Of a DNA stretch of 64,000 nt, positions 14,304-28,342 are shown in pieces; position 1 is the first letter of the stretch; each line of letters opens with the position of its first letter. The position numbers and the translations under genes are program-made. The stretch comes from the human T2T-CHM13v2.0 reference genome, Homo sapiens, in the NCBI RefSeq assembly GCF_009914755.1, contig NC_060928.1; one strand, given 5' to 3'. Under the pieces are notes generated by a model, which had not been told where the DNA came from, made no database searches, and saw only the letters and a program-made list of their open reading frames with translations.

Positions 14304-17300
14304 CAAGGCAGAAAACTAACAAAGATATTCAGGGCCTGAACTCTACATTTGACCTAATGGGCCTAACAGACATCTATAGAACTCTCCAACTAAAAACAAC
14401 AGAATATACATTCTTCTCACCTGCACATGGCACATGCTATAAAATTGACCACATAATCGCCATAAAACAACCCTCAGCAAACTAAAACAAAAAACCAAAA
14501 TCATGCCAAACACACTCTTAGAACATGGTACAAAAAAAATAGGAATTAATTCTAAGAAAATAACTCAAAACTGTACAATTATATGGAAATAACTGATCTT
14601 CTACTGAATGACTTTTGGGTAAACAATGAAATTAAGGCAGAAATCATTAAATTCTTTGAAAGCAATTAGAACAAAGATACAACATACCAGAATCTCTGGG
14701 ACACAGCTAAAACAGTAGTGTTAAGAGAGAAGTTAATAGCACTAAACACCCACATCAAAAAGTTAGGAAGACATGAAATTAACAACCTAACATCATACCT
14801 AGAGAAGCTAGAGAAACATGAGCAAACCAACTCCAAAGCTAGCAGAAGGCAAGACGTAACCAAAATGAGAGCTGAACTGAAGGAAATTGAGATGTGAAAA
14901 ATCATACAAAAGATCAATGAATCCAGGGGTTTCTTATTTGAAAGGATAAATAAGATTCACAGACCACTAGCTAGACTAATAAAGAAAAAAGAGATGAGAT
15001 CCAAATAAACACAATCAGAAATGAAAAAGGGGACATCACCACTGACCCCGCAGAAATACAAAACAAAAGTTCAGAAACTACTATGAACACCTCTATGCAC
15101 ACAAACTAGAAAACCTAGAAGAAATGGATAAGTTCCTGGAAACATACAACCTCCCAAGATTAAACCAGGAAAAAATTGAATCCCTGGACAGACCAATCAT
15201 AAGTTCCAAAATTGAATCAGAAATAAAAGGCCTACCAACCAGAAAAAGCCCAGAACCACATGAATTCATACCCAAATTTTACCAGATGTATAAAGAAGAC
15301 CAGATACTGTTCCTACTGAAACTATTCCAAAAAATTAAGGAGGAGGGATTCCTTCCTAACTCATTCTCTGAAACCGGCATCATCCTGATACCAAAACCTG
15401 GCAGAGACACAACAGCAAAAAGGAAAACTTCAGGCCAATACCCTTGATGAACATACATGCAAAAATCCTCAACAAAATACCAGCAAACTGAATGCAGCAC
15501 CAGATCAAAACCTAAGCCCTCACAATCAAGTAGGGTTTATCCCTGGGATGCAAGCTTGGTTTAATGTATGTAAATCAATAAATATGATTCATTTCATAAA
15601 CAGAACTAAAAACAAAAATTACATGATTATCTCAATCGATGCAGAAAAGGCTTTCAATAAAATTCAACATCCCTTCAAGTTAAAAACCCTCAACAAACTA
15701 GGCATTGAAGGAACATACATTAAAATAGTAAAAGCTATCTATGGCAAACCCACAGCCAATATCATACTGAATGGGTAAAAGCTAAAAGCATTCCTCTTGA
15801 GAACTGGAATGAGACAAGGATGCCCACTCTCACCACTCCTATTTAACATAGTACTAGAAGTCCTAGCCGAAGTAATCTGGCAAGAGAAAGAAAAAGAAGG
15901 CATCCAAATAGAAAGAGAGGAAGTCAAAAAAAATCTATGTTTGGAGACAGTATGCATCTATACATAGAAAATCCCATAGTCTGTGCCCAAATGCTCCTAG
16001 ATCTAATAAACAACTTCAGCAAAGTTTCAGGATACAAAATCGATGTACAAAAATCTGTAGCATTTTATACACCAACAACGTCCAAGATGAGAGACGAATC
16101 AGTAACACAATCCCATCCACAATAGCCACAAAAAGAATGAAATACCTAGGAATACAGCTAACCAGGGAGGTCAAAGTTCTCTACAACGAGAATTACAAAA
16201 CACTACTGAAAGAAATCAGAGAAGACACAAACAAATGGAAAAATATTCCATGGTCATGGATAGGAAGACTCAATATTGTTAAAATGGCAATATTGCCCAA
16301 AGCAATTTACAGATTCGATACTATTCCTATCAAACTACTAGTGACATTCTTGACATAACTGGAAAAAACTATTTTAAAATTCATGTGGAACCAAAAGAGA
16401 GCTCAAATAGCAAAGGCAATTCTAAACAAAAAGAAAAAGAGTGGAGGCATCACATTACCTGCCTTCAAACTATACTACAAGGCTACAGTAACCAAAACAG
16501 CATGGTACTGATATAAAAACAGACACATAGAACAATGGAATAGAAAAGAAAACCTAGAAATAAAGCTGCACCCCTACAACCGTTTGGTCTTCAACAAAGT
16601 TTACAAAAACAAGCAATGAAGAAAAATTACTGATATCTGTATCCCCACCCAAATCTGGCTCTGTATCCCCACCCAAATCTCACTTTGAATTGCAATAATC
16701 CCCACGTGTCAAGGGCAGGACAGGTGGAGATAATTGAATCACGAGGTGGTTTCCCTCATGCTGTTCTCCTGATAGTGACTGAGTTCTCACAAGATCTGAT
16801 GGTTTTATAAGGGGCTTTGCCCTTTGCTGTGCACTCATTTTTTCTTTGGCTGCCCTGTGAAGAGGTGCCTTCTGCCATGATTGTAAGTTTCCTGAGGCCT
16901 CCCCAGCCATGCTGAACCATGAGTCAGTTAAACCTCTTTTCTTTGTAAATTACCTAGTTTCAAGTATGTCTTTATTAGCAGCATGAGAAAAAACTAATAC
17001 AACTCCCAATTCAATAAATGATGCTGAGAAAACTTGTTAGCCATATGCAGAAGGTTGAAGCTGGACCCCTTTCTTACACCATACAAAATTCAACTCAAGA
17101 TGGATTAAAGACTTAAATGTAAAACCTAAAACTATAAAAAAAAAAAAAAAACCTGCTAGATAACCTAGAAAATACCATTCTGGACATCAGCCTCGGCAAA
17201 GATTTCATGACAAAGACTCCAAAAGTAACTGCAACAAAAACAAAAAATTACAAATGGGACCAAATCAAACTAAAGAGCTTTGGCACAGCAAAAGAAACTA

Positions 17301-17859
17301 TCAACGGAGTAAACAACCTACAAAGTGGAAGAATATATTTGCAAACTATGCTTCTGATAAAGGTCTAATATCCAGAATCTATAAAGAACTTAAACAAATT
17401 TACCAGTTGTTAAAAAAACAAACAACCCCATTAAAAAGTGGGCAAGGGACATGAACAGACACTTTTCAAAATAAGACATACATGTGGTCAACAAACATAT
17501 AAAAAAATGCTCAACATCACTAATTGTTAGAGAAATGTAAATCAAAACCACAATGAGATACTGTTAGATGGTGTAAGATACCAGTCACAATAGCTATTAT
17601 TAAAAAGTAAAAAAACATGACAGATGCTGGAAAGGTTCCAGAGAAACGGGAATGTTTATACACTGCTGGTGGGAATGTAAGTCAGTTCAGCCGTTGAGAA
17701 AAGCAGTGTGGTAATTTCTCAAAGATCTTAAAAAGAAGTACCATTTGAACCAGCAATTCCATTATTGGGTATATACCCCCCAAAAATATAAATTGTTCTA
17801 CCATAAAGACACATGTACATATATACTCATCCCATATATGTCCACAATACATATATATG

Positions 17860-17901
<42 letters not shown>

Positions 17902-18346
17902 CACATGTACATATATGCTCATCGCAGTACTGCTCACAATAGCAAAGACATGAAGCCAACTTAGGTGCCCATCAGTGGTGGATTAAAGAAAATACATGTA
18001 TACCATGGAATACTATACAGCCATAAAAAAGAATGAGATCGTGTTCTTTGCAGCTACATGGATGGAGCTGGGGGCCATGATCCCAAGTGAACTAATGCAG
18101 GAAGAGAAAACCAAATACCCCATATTCTCACTCCTAAGTGAGAGCTAAATATTGAGTACACATGGACACACAGAAGGGAACAACAGACATGGGACCTACT
18201 TGAGGGTGGAAGGTGGGAGGAGGGATTACCTATTGGATACTATGCCTATTACCTGGCTGATGAAATAATCTATACACCAAACCCCTGCGACATGCAACTT
18301 ATTTATATAACAAACCTGCACACATACCTCTGAACCTAAAATAAGT
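14304..18346 (+). mobile_element. 5'-truncated L1PA15/16-like element (ORF2 remnants and 3'UTR)
   Basis: ORF2 fragments [37 protein letters not shown]; 3'UTR ends tgaacctaaaataag; multiple stops and frameshifts. Confidence 0.9.
16631..17001 (+). mobile_element. THE1 (C/D-like) solo LTR inside the L1
   Basis: tgatat...ccccacccaaatctcactttgaattg to ...actaataca; a 20-bp duplication near the 5' end; L1 ORF2 resumes afterwards. Confidence 0.9.
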
Positions 18347-18378
18347 TTTTTTAAATGAATATGACCTTAGGATGTCTT

Positions 18379-18409
18379 CTTTATTATACTTTAAATTCTA
18401 GGATACATG
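18379..18409 (-). mobile_element. 31-bp extreme 3' tip of an L1PA element
   Basis: ctttattatactttaaattctaggatacatg matches the L1PA terminus at 28938-28967; flanked by ttaggatgtctt / ttaggatggctt. Confidence 0.75.
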
Positions 18410-19223
18410 TTAGGATGGCTTTTACAACACAAAAGAATATACTCATTTTGTCCAAACACGGTAGTATTTTAATGACATGTTGAGCATTTTTATTTTGTTC
18501 ATTTTTTATTAATTCTTCTTAGCATTAGAAAGAGTCTTTTGTTTCTTTCCTTTATTTTGTTCACCAGTCTATATATTTTTTAATTTGTTGTATTGCTTTT
18601 CATTTCTCAACTGAAAAGTAACTACCATGGAAATGAAATTATATCTGTTCTGTACAAGGTTGTAATCCTTATACAGAGGATGAAAGTTATAGTTCTTGCT
18701 ATATGTTAGGTGCTCACTAAATATTTGTCAAATAAAAAAATAGATCAGTAAATATTATTTAAACTGGAATGTAAAGAGCCAAAAGAGTTTTAAAAAAGAA
18801 TAAGAGCTGCCAAAAGCTGCATAGCAATATTAAAATAACTAAACATATGCAATTGGATTACCAGAAGAAGAAAAGATAGAGAATGAAACAGAGGAAATAT
18901 TTAAAGAGATAAATTCTGAGAATTTTCCAAAATTAACAAAAGACAAAAATTCACAGATCTAACAAACCTAGAAAATCTCCCCAAAATATAAATATCAAAA
19001 GAAGCCACACCTAGACATAGCATAGTCAAACTGCTGAAACCAAATATTAAGACAAAATCTTCACAGTAGCCACACATGGAAACAGGGTAGCGTGGAGGAG
19101 ATATAACTTACAGAGGAAAAAAGACAAAAATTACAAAAGACCTCTTGTCAGCAACTATAAATTAGGAGACAATGGCATGCTTTAAAGCACGAGGTGGGTG
19201 GAGGGGAGGGAGAGTTAACTGAA

Positions 19224-19810
19224 TGTATTAGGGTTCCCTAGAGGGACAGAACTAAAATATATATATATATATATATGCAATGCTGTGTGGAAACCATGTG
19301 TATATATATATATATACACACACACATATATATGTACACATATATATACACACACACATATATATGTACACATATATATACACACACACATATATATGTA
19401 CACGTATATACACACACACACACACACACATATAAAAGGGAGTTTCTTAAGTATTAACTTACATGATTACAAGGTCCCACAACAGGCCGTCTGCAAGCTG
19501 AGGAGCAAGGGGAGCCTGTCGCAAAACTGAAGAACTTGGGTCCAATGTTTGAGGGCAGGAAGCATCCAACATGGGAGAAAAATGCAGGCTGGGAGGCTAG
19601 GCCAGTCTCTCCTTTTCACATTTTTCTGCCTGCTTTATATTCACTGGCAGCTGATTAGATTTTGCCCACCAGATTAAGGGTGGATCTGCTTTCCCCAGCC
19701 CACTGACTTTAAGGTTAATCTCTTTTGGTAACACCCTCACAGACACACCCAGGATCAATACTTTGTATCCTTCAATCCAAAGAAGTTGACACTCAGTATT
19801 AACCATCACA
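19224..19810 (-). mobile_element. MLT2A (HERV-L) 3' LTR with internal (TA)/(CA) microsatellite at about 19256-19432
   Basis: tgtattagggttccctagagggacagaactaa to ttgacactcagtattaaccatcaca; adjacent polypurine-tract-like ggttgacaaggagtggacc on the minus strand. Confidence 0.9.
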
Positions 19811-22800
19811 GGTCCACTCCTTGTCAACCTGAACCCATACACATCTCCTGAGATCATACATAATCTTCAAATAAAGGCAATAAATACAACTATCCTTCGT
19901 ACAACCAGAAACGTACCAATCCCCAAACCAAATACTATTACATAAGGTTAACAATACTTAAATGCTGATATGAAAATCAATAAATCTTACGTCACATGAT
20001 AAAGGAAAAAGAAACAAAATAAGGATTTTTTTAGTACATGCATATACATGCACAAACATGTTTTTGGCAAAAGGAGTAAATACTCATGACAATCACAGTC
20101 CCCATTTCTGCAGCTGGTCACGTGGTCATAGCTGGTATTGATGACAACCTTCTTCTACTGCCCATTCTGTATTCCCTTTGCTTTCAGCAAGCACCTCAGC
20201 AGGTTGTAGTTTTTTTCCTGGTGGAATGACCCAAACCTTCATTCCTGAGGGGTCTGGGCCATTTGTAGTCCTGCCTGGATTGGGCTGTTGTAGTTTCCCA
20301 TTGACCTTAATCACAGGGCATAGTAATACTAAGAGATGCCCTAGTGGATCTCCTGCATTCCATGCATACTCTTCCTTACATCCATTGTGGAATAGTGGAC
20401 TGATTTCATCTTGATAGTCCTCATCAATTACCCCAGCCAACACTGTAACTCTCTTCTTAGCCTGTTGACTTAAAGGTAGGAGGAGCCCAGAGTGTCCAGG
20501 TGGCCATCTTAACTTCCAGTTTAATGGAATTGTTGTTATGTCTCCTGGTGGCAGGATTCCTCCCTCTGGAAGTAAGACCTCTAGGCCAGCAGAATGTAAT
20601 GTCACAGGAACAGGAAGCAAAAATTTTGCTAGTGGATCACTAGGGGTTTTGCTGAGTGGTGCCACTTTCACTTCCACCCCTTGATTCCTGGACCAATGAA
20701 TTCTGGCTATGGGAGAAACAGTATCATATATTGAACACTGATTCAGAGCATACATGGCCTTGTGGAGAACTTTACCCCAGCCCTGTAAAGTACTGTCACC
20801 TAGTTGGCATTGTAACTGTGACTTCAAAAGGCCATTCCACTGTTCTATCAATCCGGCTGTTTCAGGGTGATGGGGAACGTGATAAGACCAGTGAATTCCA
20901 TGAGCATGAGCCCACTGCCACACTGCTTTAGCCATAAAGTGAGTGCCTTGGTCAGAGGCAATGCTGTATGGAATACCATGATGGTGGATAAGGCATTCTG
21001 TGAGTCCATGGATGGTAGTCTTGGCAGAAACATTGTGTTCAGGATAGGAAAACCCATATCCAGGGTAAGCGTCTATCCCAGTGAGGACAAACCTCTGCCA
21101 TTTCCATGATGGGAGAGGTCTAATATAATCAACCTGCCACCAGATAGATGGCTGATCACCCTGAGGAATGGTGCCATATCGAGGCTCAATGTTGGTCTCT
21201 GCTGCTGGCAAATTGGGCACTCAACAGTGGCTGTAGCCAAGTCAGCCTTGGTGAGTGGAAGCCCATGTTGCTGAGCCCATGCATAACCTCCATCCCTGCC
21301 ACCATGGCCACTTCTTTCATGGGCCCATTGGGCAATGACAGGGGTGGCTGGGGAAAGAGGCTGAGTGGTGTCCACAGAACGGGTCATCCTATCCACTTGA
21401 TTATTAAAATCCTCCTCTGCTGAGGTCACCTGTTGGCAAGCATTCACATGGGATAAAAATATCTTCACAGTTTTTGACTACTCAGAAAGGTCCATCCATG
21501 TACCTCTTCCCCAAATTTCTTTGTCATCAATTTTTTAATCATGCTTCTTCCAAGTCCCTGACCATCCAGCCAAACCATTGGCTACAGCCCATGAATCAGT
21601 ATATTATTGCACATCTAGCCATTTCTCCTTCCATGCAAAGTGCACAACCAGGTGCACTGCTCGAAGTTCAACCCACTGGGACGATTTCCCTTCACTGCTG
21701 TCCTTCAGGGATGTCCTAGAATGAGGCTGTAATGCTGCAGCTGTCCTCTTTCCGGTGTTGCCTGCATATCGTGCAGAACCATCTGTGAAGCAGGCCCTAG
21801 TCTTCTCTTCCTCTGTCAGCTGATCATAGGGAACTCACCATGAGGCCATTGGTGCAGGGTGGGGAAGAGAAGGCAGGAGCGGAGACCACAGGCATTTGAG
21901 CCACTTCTTCATGTAACTTACTTGTGCCTTCAGGACCTGCTCAAGCCCGATCATGTATATGCTACTTCCATTTGATGATGGAATGCTGCTGTGAACAACC
22001 CACTTTATGGCTAGGTGGATCAGAAAGCATCCAGTTCATGATAGGCAGTTCAGGTTGCATGGTGACTTGATGACCCATAGTCAAACGTTCGGTTTTCACC
22101 AAAGCCCAGTAACAGGCCAAAAGCTGTCTCTCAAAAGGAGAGTAGTTATCTGCAGAAGATGGCAGGGCCTTGCTCCAAAATCCTAGAGGCCTCCACTGTG
22201 ATTCACCTATGGGGTCCTACCAAAGGCTCCAAACAGCATCCCTATCTGCCACTGCCACCTCAACCGCCATTGGATATGCTGGGTTGTATGGCCCAAGTGG
22301 CAGAGCAGCTTGCACAGCAGCCTGGACCTGTTGCAGAGCCTTCTCTTGTTCTGGACCCCACTCAAAACTGGCAGCCTTTTGGGTTGCTCAATAAATGGGT
22401 TGGAGTAACACATCCAAATGAAAAATGTGTTGCCTCAAAAATCCAAATAGGCCCACTAGGCATTGTGCCTCTTTCTTGGTTGTATGAGGGCCAAATGCAG
22501 CAACTTATCCTTCACCTTAGAAAGAATATTTTGACAGGCCCACACCAATGGACCCCACAACACTGGACCCCCTTTTATTGAGGTAGAAGTTTCCTGAATT
22601 TTAGTTGGATTTATTTCCCATCTTCTGACTGCAATGTCTCACCAATAAGTCCAGTGTATTTGCTACTTCTTGCTCACTGGATCCAATCAGCATAATGTCA
22701 TCAATGTAAAGAACTAGAGTGATATCTTGTGGAAGCAAAAAGTGATCAAGGTCTCTCTGAATAAAATTATGATAGAAAGCAGGAGAGTTGATATACCCCT

Positions 22801-23446
22801 GAGGTAGGATAGTAAAGGTATATTGCTGGCTTTGCCAGCTGAAGGCAAATTGCTTCTGGTGGGTCTTATGGACAGGAATGGAGAAAAAGACATTTGCCAA
22901 GTCAGTGGCTGCATACCAGGTACCAGGAGATGTGTTAATTTGCTCAAGCAATGAAACCACATCTGGTACAGCAGCTGCAATTGGAGTTGCCTCTTGGTTA
23001 AGCTTATGATAATCCACTGTCATTCTCCAAGATCCATCTGTCTTCTGCACAGGCCAAATGGGAGAGTTGAACCGGAATGTGGTGGGAATCACCACCCCTG
23101 CGTCTTTCAAGTCCTTGATAGTGGCGCTAATTTCCACAATCCCTCCAGGGATGCAATATTGTTTTTGATTTACTATTTTTCTAGGTAGAGGCAGCTTTAG
23201 TGGCCTCCATTTGGCCTTTTCCACCATAATAGCCCTCACCCTACCAGTCAGGGAGCCAGTGTGGGGATTCTGCCGGCTGTTAAGAATGTCTATGCCAATT
23301 TTGCATTCTGGCAGTGGGGTTATGACCACAGGATGAGTCCAGGCATCCACTGGACCCACAGTAAGTTGGACCTGAACTAGAATTCTATTAATTACCTGAC
23401 CTCCATAAGCCCCTACTTTAACTGGAGGACCACAGTGACGTTTTGG
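19811..23446 (-). mobile_element. HERV-L internal region: end of protease, RT, RNase H, integrase, dUTPase (disrupted)
   Basis: ORF 22601-23359 has RT motifs ([21 protein letters not shown]). ORF 21073-21468 has the integrase HHCC. ORF 20126-21220 has WQVDYI/SDQG/GLIE followed by a dUTPase-like segment (LAGVIDEDYQDEI), the ERV-L gene order. Confidence 0.92.
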
Positions 23447-23702
23447 ATGACGTTATACATAGTACCTTTGACCATATGTGGAGAACCAAGGAACATAGTG
23501 AAGCTGGTTGGCTGCTCCTAAGTTCAGTGGACAAAGTGATGAAAAAAATGATGAACTCAGGGATTCTGTCTCCTGGCTTCAGAAGCAGATACTGAGACTC
23601 AAATCTACTAAGATTGCCCTGAGTGAGAGTCTTATCTCCTGTAGAGAAAGAGCTGAAATTGTAGAAAAACAGACACAAGCTCTTATCATTTGAATGGCTG
23701 AC
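23447..23702 (+). mobile_element. HERV-L gag fragment, inverted relative to pol
   Basis: cctttgaccatatgtggagaaccaagg...ENDELRDSVSWLQKQILRLKSTKIALSESLISCRERAEIVEKQTQALI resembles HERV-L gag in sense orientation. Confidence 0.75.
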
Positions 23703-23857
23703 TTTTGTATAATGAACGTGTATCCTTTGCTTTTACTAAATTAAATTATTAGTTCTAGTAGCTTTTTGTAGATTCCTTAAAATTTTACATAGAGATAATC
23801 ATGTTTTCAGTGAATTAGTTTCACTTCTTTTTTCCTGTCTTTAGCCCTTTATTTACA

Positions 23858-23947
23858 TTAGGTTGGTGCAAAAGTAAATGCAGTTATTGCCATTACTTTT
23901 AATTACTCTTAATGGCAAAACCTGCAATTATTTTTGCACCATCCTAA
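23858..23947. mobile_element. MADE1 (Hsmar1-derived MITE)
   Basis: Terminal inverted repeats ttaggttggtgcaaaagtaa...ttatttttgcaccatcctaa, followed by TA. Confidence 0.9.
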
Positions 23948-24513
23948 TATTTCTTGCCGTATAGCACTGGCTAGGAACTCCAATACAACATTGAATAGAA
24001 GTGATGAGAGAAAACATCCCCGCTTTATTCCAAATATTAGAGGGAAATCATACAGTCTTTCACCAATAAATATAATAACTGTAGTATTTTTGTAGATACC
24101 CTTTATCTGATTGCCAAAATAATTTTCTTCTACTCCTTGTTTGCTGGGAACATTTATAATGAATTAATGTTGACTTTTATCAAATTATTATTTAATGCCC
24201 ATTGTGATCAAGTAAATTTTCTTTTTTAGTTTGTTAATATGATTAATTATATTAGTTAATATTTAAATATTGAACCAACTTTGCACTCTTGGAATAAAAC
24301 TTATTTTGTCCTGAAGATTTTATATATGTATTATTGGATTCAATTTACCAAAATCTTGGTAAGCTGTTTTCAGTCAATATTTAACGGAAGTATTTGTCCT
24401 TTTATTTAATTATCTGTTTGATAAATGCAATATATTAAAAAATAACTCTTTAATAACTATTTCTTTTATTGTAATGCCTTTGTCTTCTTTTGTTATCAGA
24501 ATAATCCTAGCCT

Positions 24514-26313
<1,800 letters not shown>

Positions 26314-27500
26314 TTAGTATTATTTTGTTTTCTTAAATGTTTGGAAGAACTCATGAGTAAAACCAACTGCCTGAAGCTTTTTTGTTGTTGTGCTGTTTGT
26401 TTGTTTATTGTTTTGTATATTTGTGTGGGAAGGTTTTTAAATACACATTTAGTATCTTTAAGAGATATATGACTACTTCGATTATCCATATCTTTTTTAG
26501 TTAACTTATTGTAAATTTTGTCTAATTTGTCAAATTTATTGGTATGAAGTTGCTCATAACTGTCCCCTACTTTTTTATGTCTATAGGATTTTAGGAATGT
26601 CCAGTCTCACATTCTTGATATTGGCAATTTCTGTCTTCTCAGTTTTGCTCATCAGTGTGATGCAAAGTTTAGGAATTAATTGTCTCAAAATAAAAATTTT
26701 TTGCTCTTTTGTTATGTTAATTATTTTCTGTTTTATTTTCTGTTTTCTATTTCATTGATTTTGTCTCTCATTACTTCTTTCTGCTTAGTTGGGGTATAAT
26801 CATAAAGTGATGATGCTCATTTTTTTCCTTCTTTCTGCTTAGTTGGGGTATAATCATAAAATGATTAGGTCATTGATTTTAAATGTTTTTCTTCTTTTAG
26901 GTAGTTTGTAATGCTATGAATTTTCTTCTAATCAACTTTTAGCCATATATCACACATTTTGATATGCTATAATTCAGCTCAACCCATTTTCCTCTTGGAC
27001 CATTGACTTTTTATGTCTGTTGTTAATTCTCAAATAGTTAGGGATTTTCCAAATATCTTTCTGTGACTGATTTCTAATAAAATTTTGTTGTGGTAGAAGA
27101 ATATACATTAAATTATTTCAATTTTTTAATTTATTGAGACTTGTTTTAGGAACCAAAATATGATCTATTTTGGTAAATGTGTCTTGAGTACTGGAAAAGA
27201 ATATGTATTCTGCTGTTGTTGGTTGGAGTGTTCTAGAAATGTTAACTAAATTTAATTGGTAGTGATTTCCAAGTATTCTATATCCTTAGTGACTTCCAAT
27301 CTTTTTCTATTAAATATTAAAATAGGGGTATTGAAATCTCCATTGTGGCTATGTCTACTCCTATCAGTTATTGCTTTGAAACTCTCTTAAGAGTATATAT
27401 TTAGAACGTTATATCCCCTTGATGAATTGACCCATTTATCAATATGAAATGGCCCTCATCTCTCTTTAATATTCTTTGCTCTGAAATATACTTATTAATA

Positions 27501-28342
27501 TGTATTGATCATTCTTTTTCTTTTTTTCTTTTTTTTGGAGACAGAGTCTTGCCCTGTTGCCCAGGATGGAGTGCAGTGGTGAGTTCTCAGCTCACTGCAA
27601 CCCCCACGTCTCAGGATTAAGCGATTCTCATGCCTCAGCCTCCTGAATAGATGGGACTATAGGCACCCGCCACCTTGCCTGGCTAATTTTTTGTATTTTC
27701 GTAAAGACGAGGTTTTACCTTGTTGCCCAGGGTGATTTCAAACTCCTGAGCTCAGGCAATCTGCCCAACTTGGCCTCTCAAAGTGGTAGGATTACAGGCA
27801 TAAGCGACTGCACCTGGCCAATTTTCTGTATTTCTGATGCTCTGACATGTGGGCCTTGCTGACACTGGAAAGACTGCCCCTCCCAGGGATAGCCAATTCC
27901 TAGAGGAATTATGTGAACAATTCAAATACAAACCAACAAATCCAGATCCCCTAACCTCACCCATCTCCTTTTGTGGTCTTCACATGCACAGTCACTATTC
28001 CCCTCACCTAATCACCCCAGTGTCAGGTACCAGACAACAAGAGACAGCCCCCCTTTTATCCTAGAGCCCATTGAAATTATTCAAACCAGCCAAAATCCTA
28101 AGCCTGCTTATACTGCCTTGCTTTGCCTCTCCAGTAAGAACCACTAAAAGGCACTTGCCCATGCGTCCCCCTCACTCCTTCTGTCTCCTGACCAACCCGG
28201 TGCTCCTTCACATGCCCTTGTTGTTTGGCATGCCCTTCCTCTTGGGAACTATGAATAGCAAAGTATCATTTCAATGGCAATCATCTCCTAATTTGTTAGA
28301 CTCAACACACCAGGACAATAATAAAATCTACATCTTAAAACA
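27501..28342 (+). mobile_element. MER74-like ERVL LTR interrupted by an Alu
   Basis: TG...CA termini; gggccttgctgacactggaaagactgcccctcccagggatagccaattcctagag; AATAAA near the 3' end. Family from recalled consensus. Confidence 0.6.
27515..27819 (-). mobile_element. Alu (old, J/S)
   Basis: Poly(T) followed by antisense Alu ending cctggcc. Confidence 0.92.

Larger units (their letters stand above)
12680..19220 (+). mobile_element. Old L1M (L1MC/MD-like) 5'UTR and ORF1, split by a younger L1 at 14304-18736
   Basis: ORF1-like sequence (gaaccagactcagagatgacccagatgttg...) stops at 14303 and resumes collinearly at 18751 (...gagaattttccaaaatt...cacacctagacatagcatagtcaaactgctgaaa). Confidence 0.75.

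Noticed and set aside
19215-19530. ORFs rich in Y/I/H/T or C/V/Y
   Set aside because: Translations of the (TA)/(CA) microsatellite in the MLT2A LTR; the same applies at 17682-17942.
19224-23702. HERV-L as an L1-mobilised processed copy with a twin-priming 5' inversion
   Set aside because: The LTR runs to its terminal CA with no poly(A) and no long TSD, so it integrated as a provirus. The ctgaa/ctgac flank similarity is explained by gag sequence.
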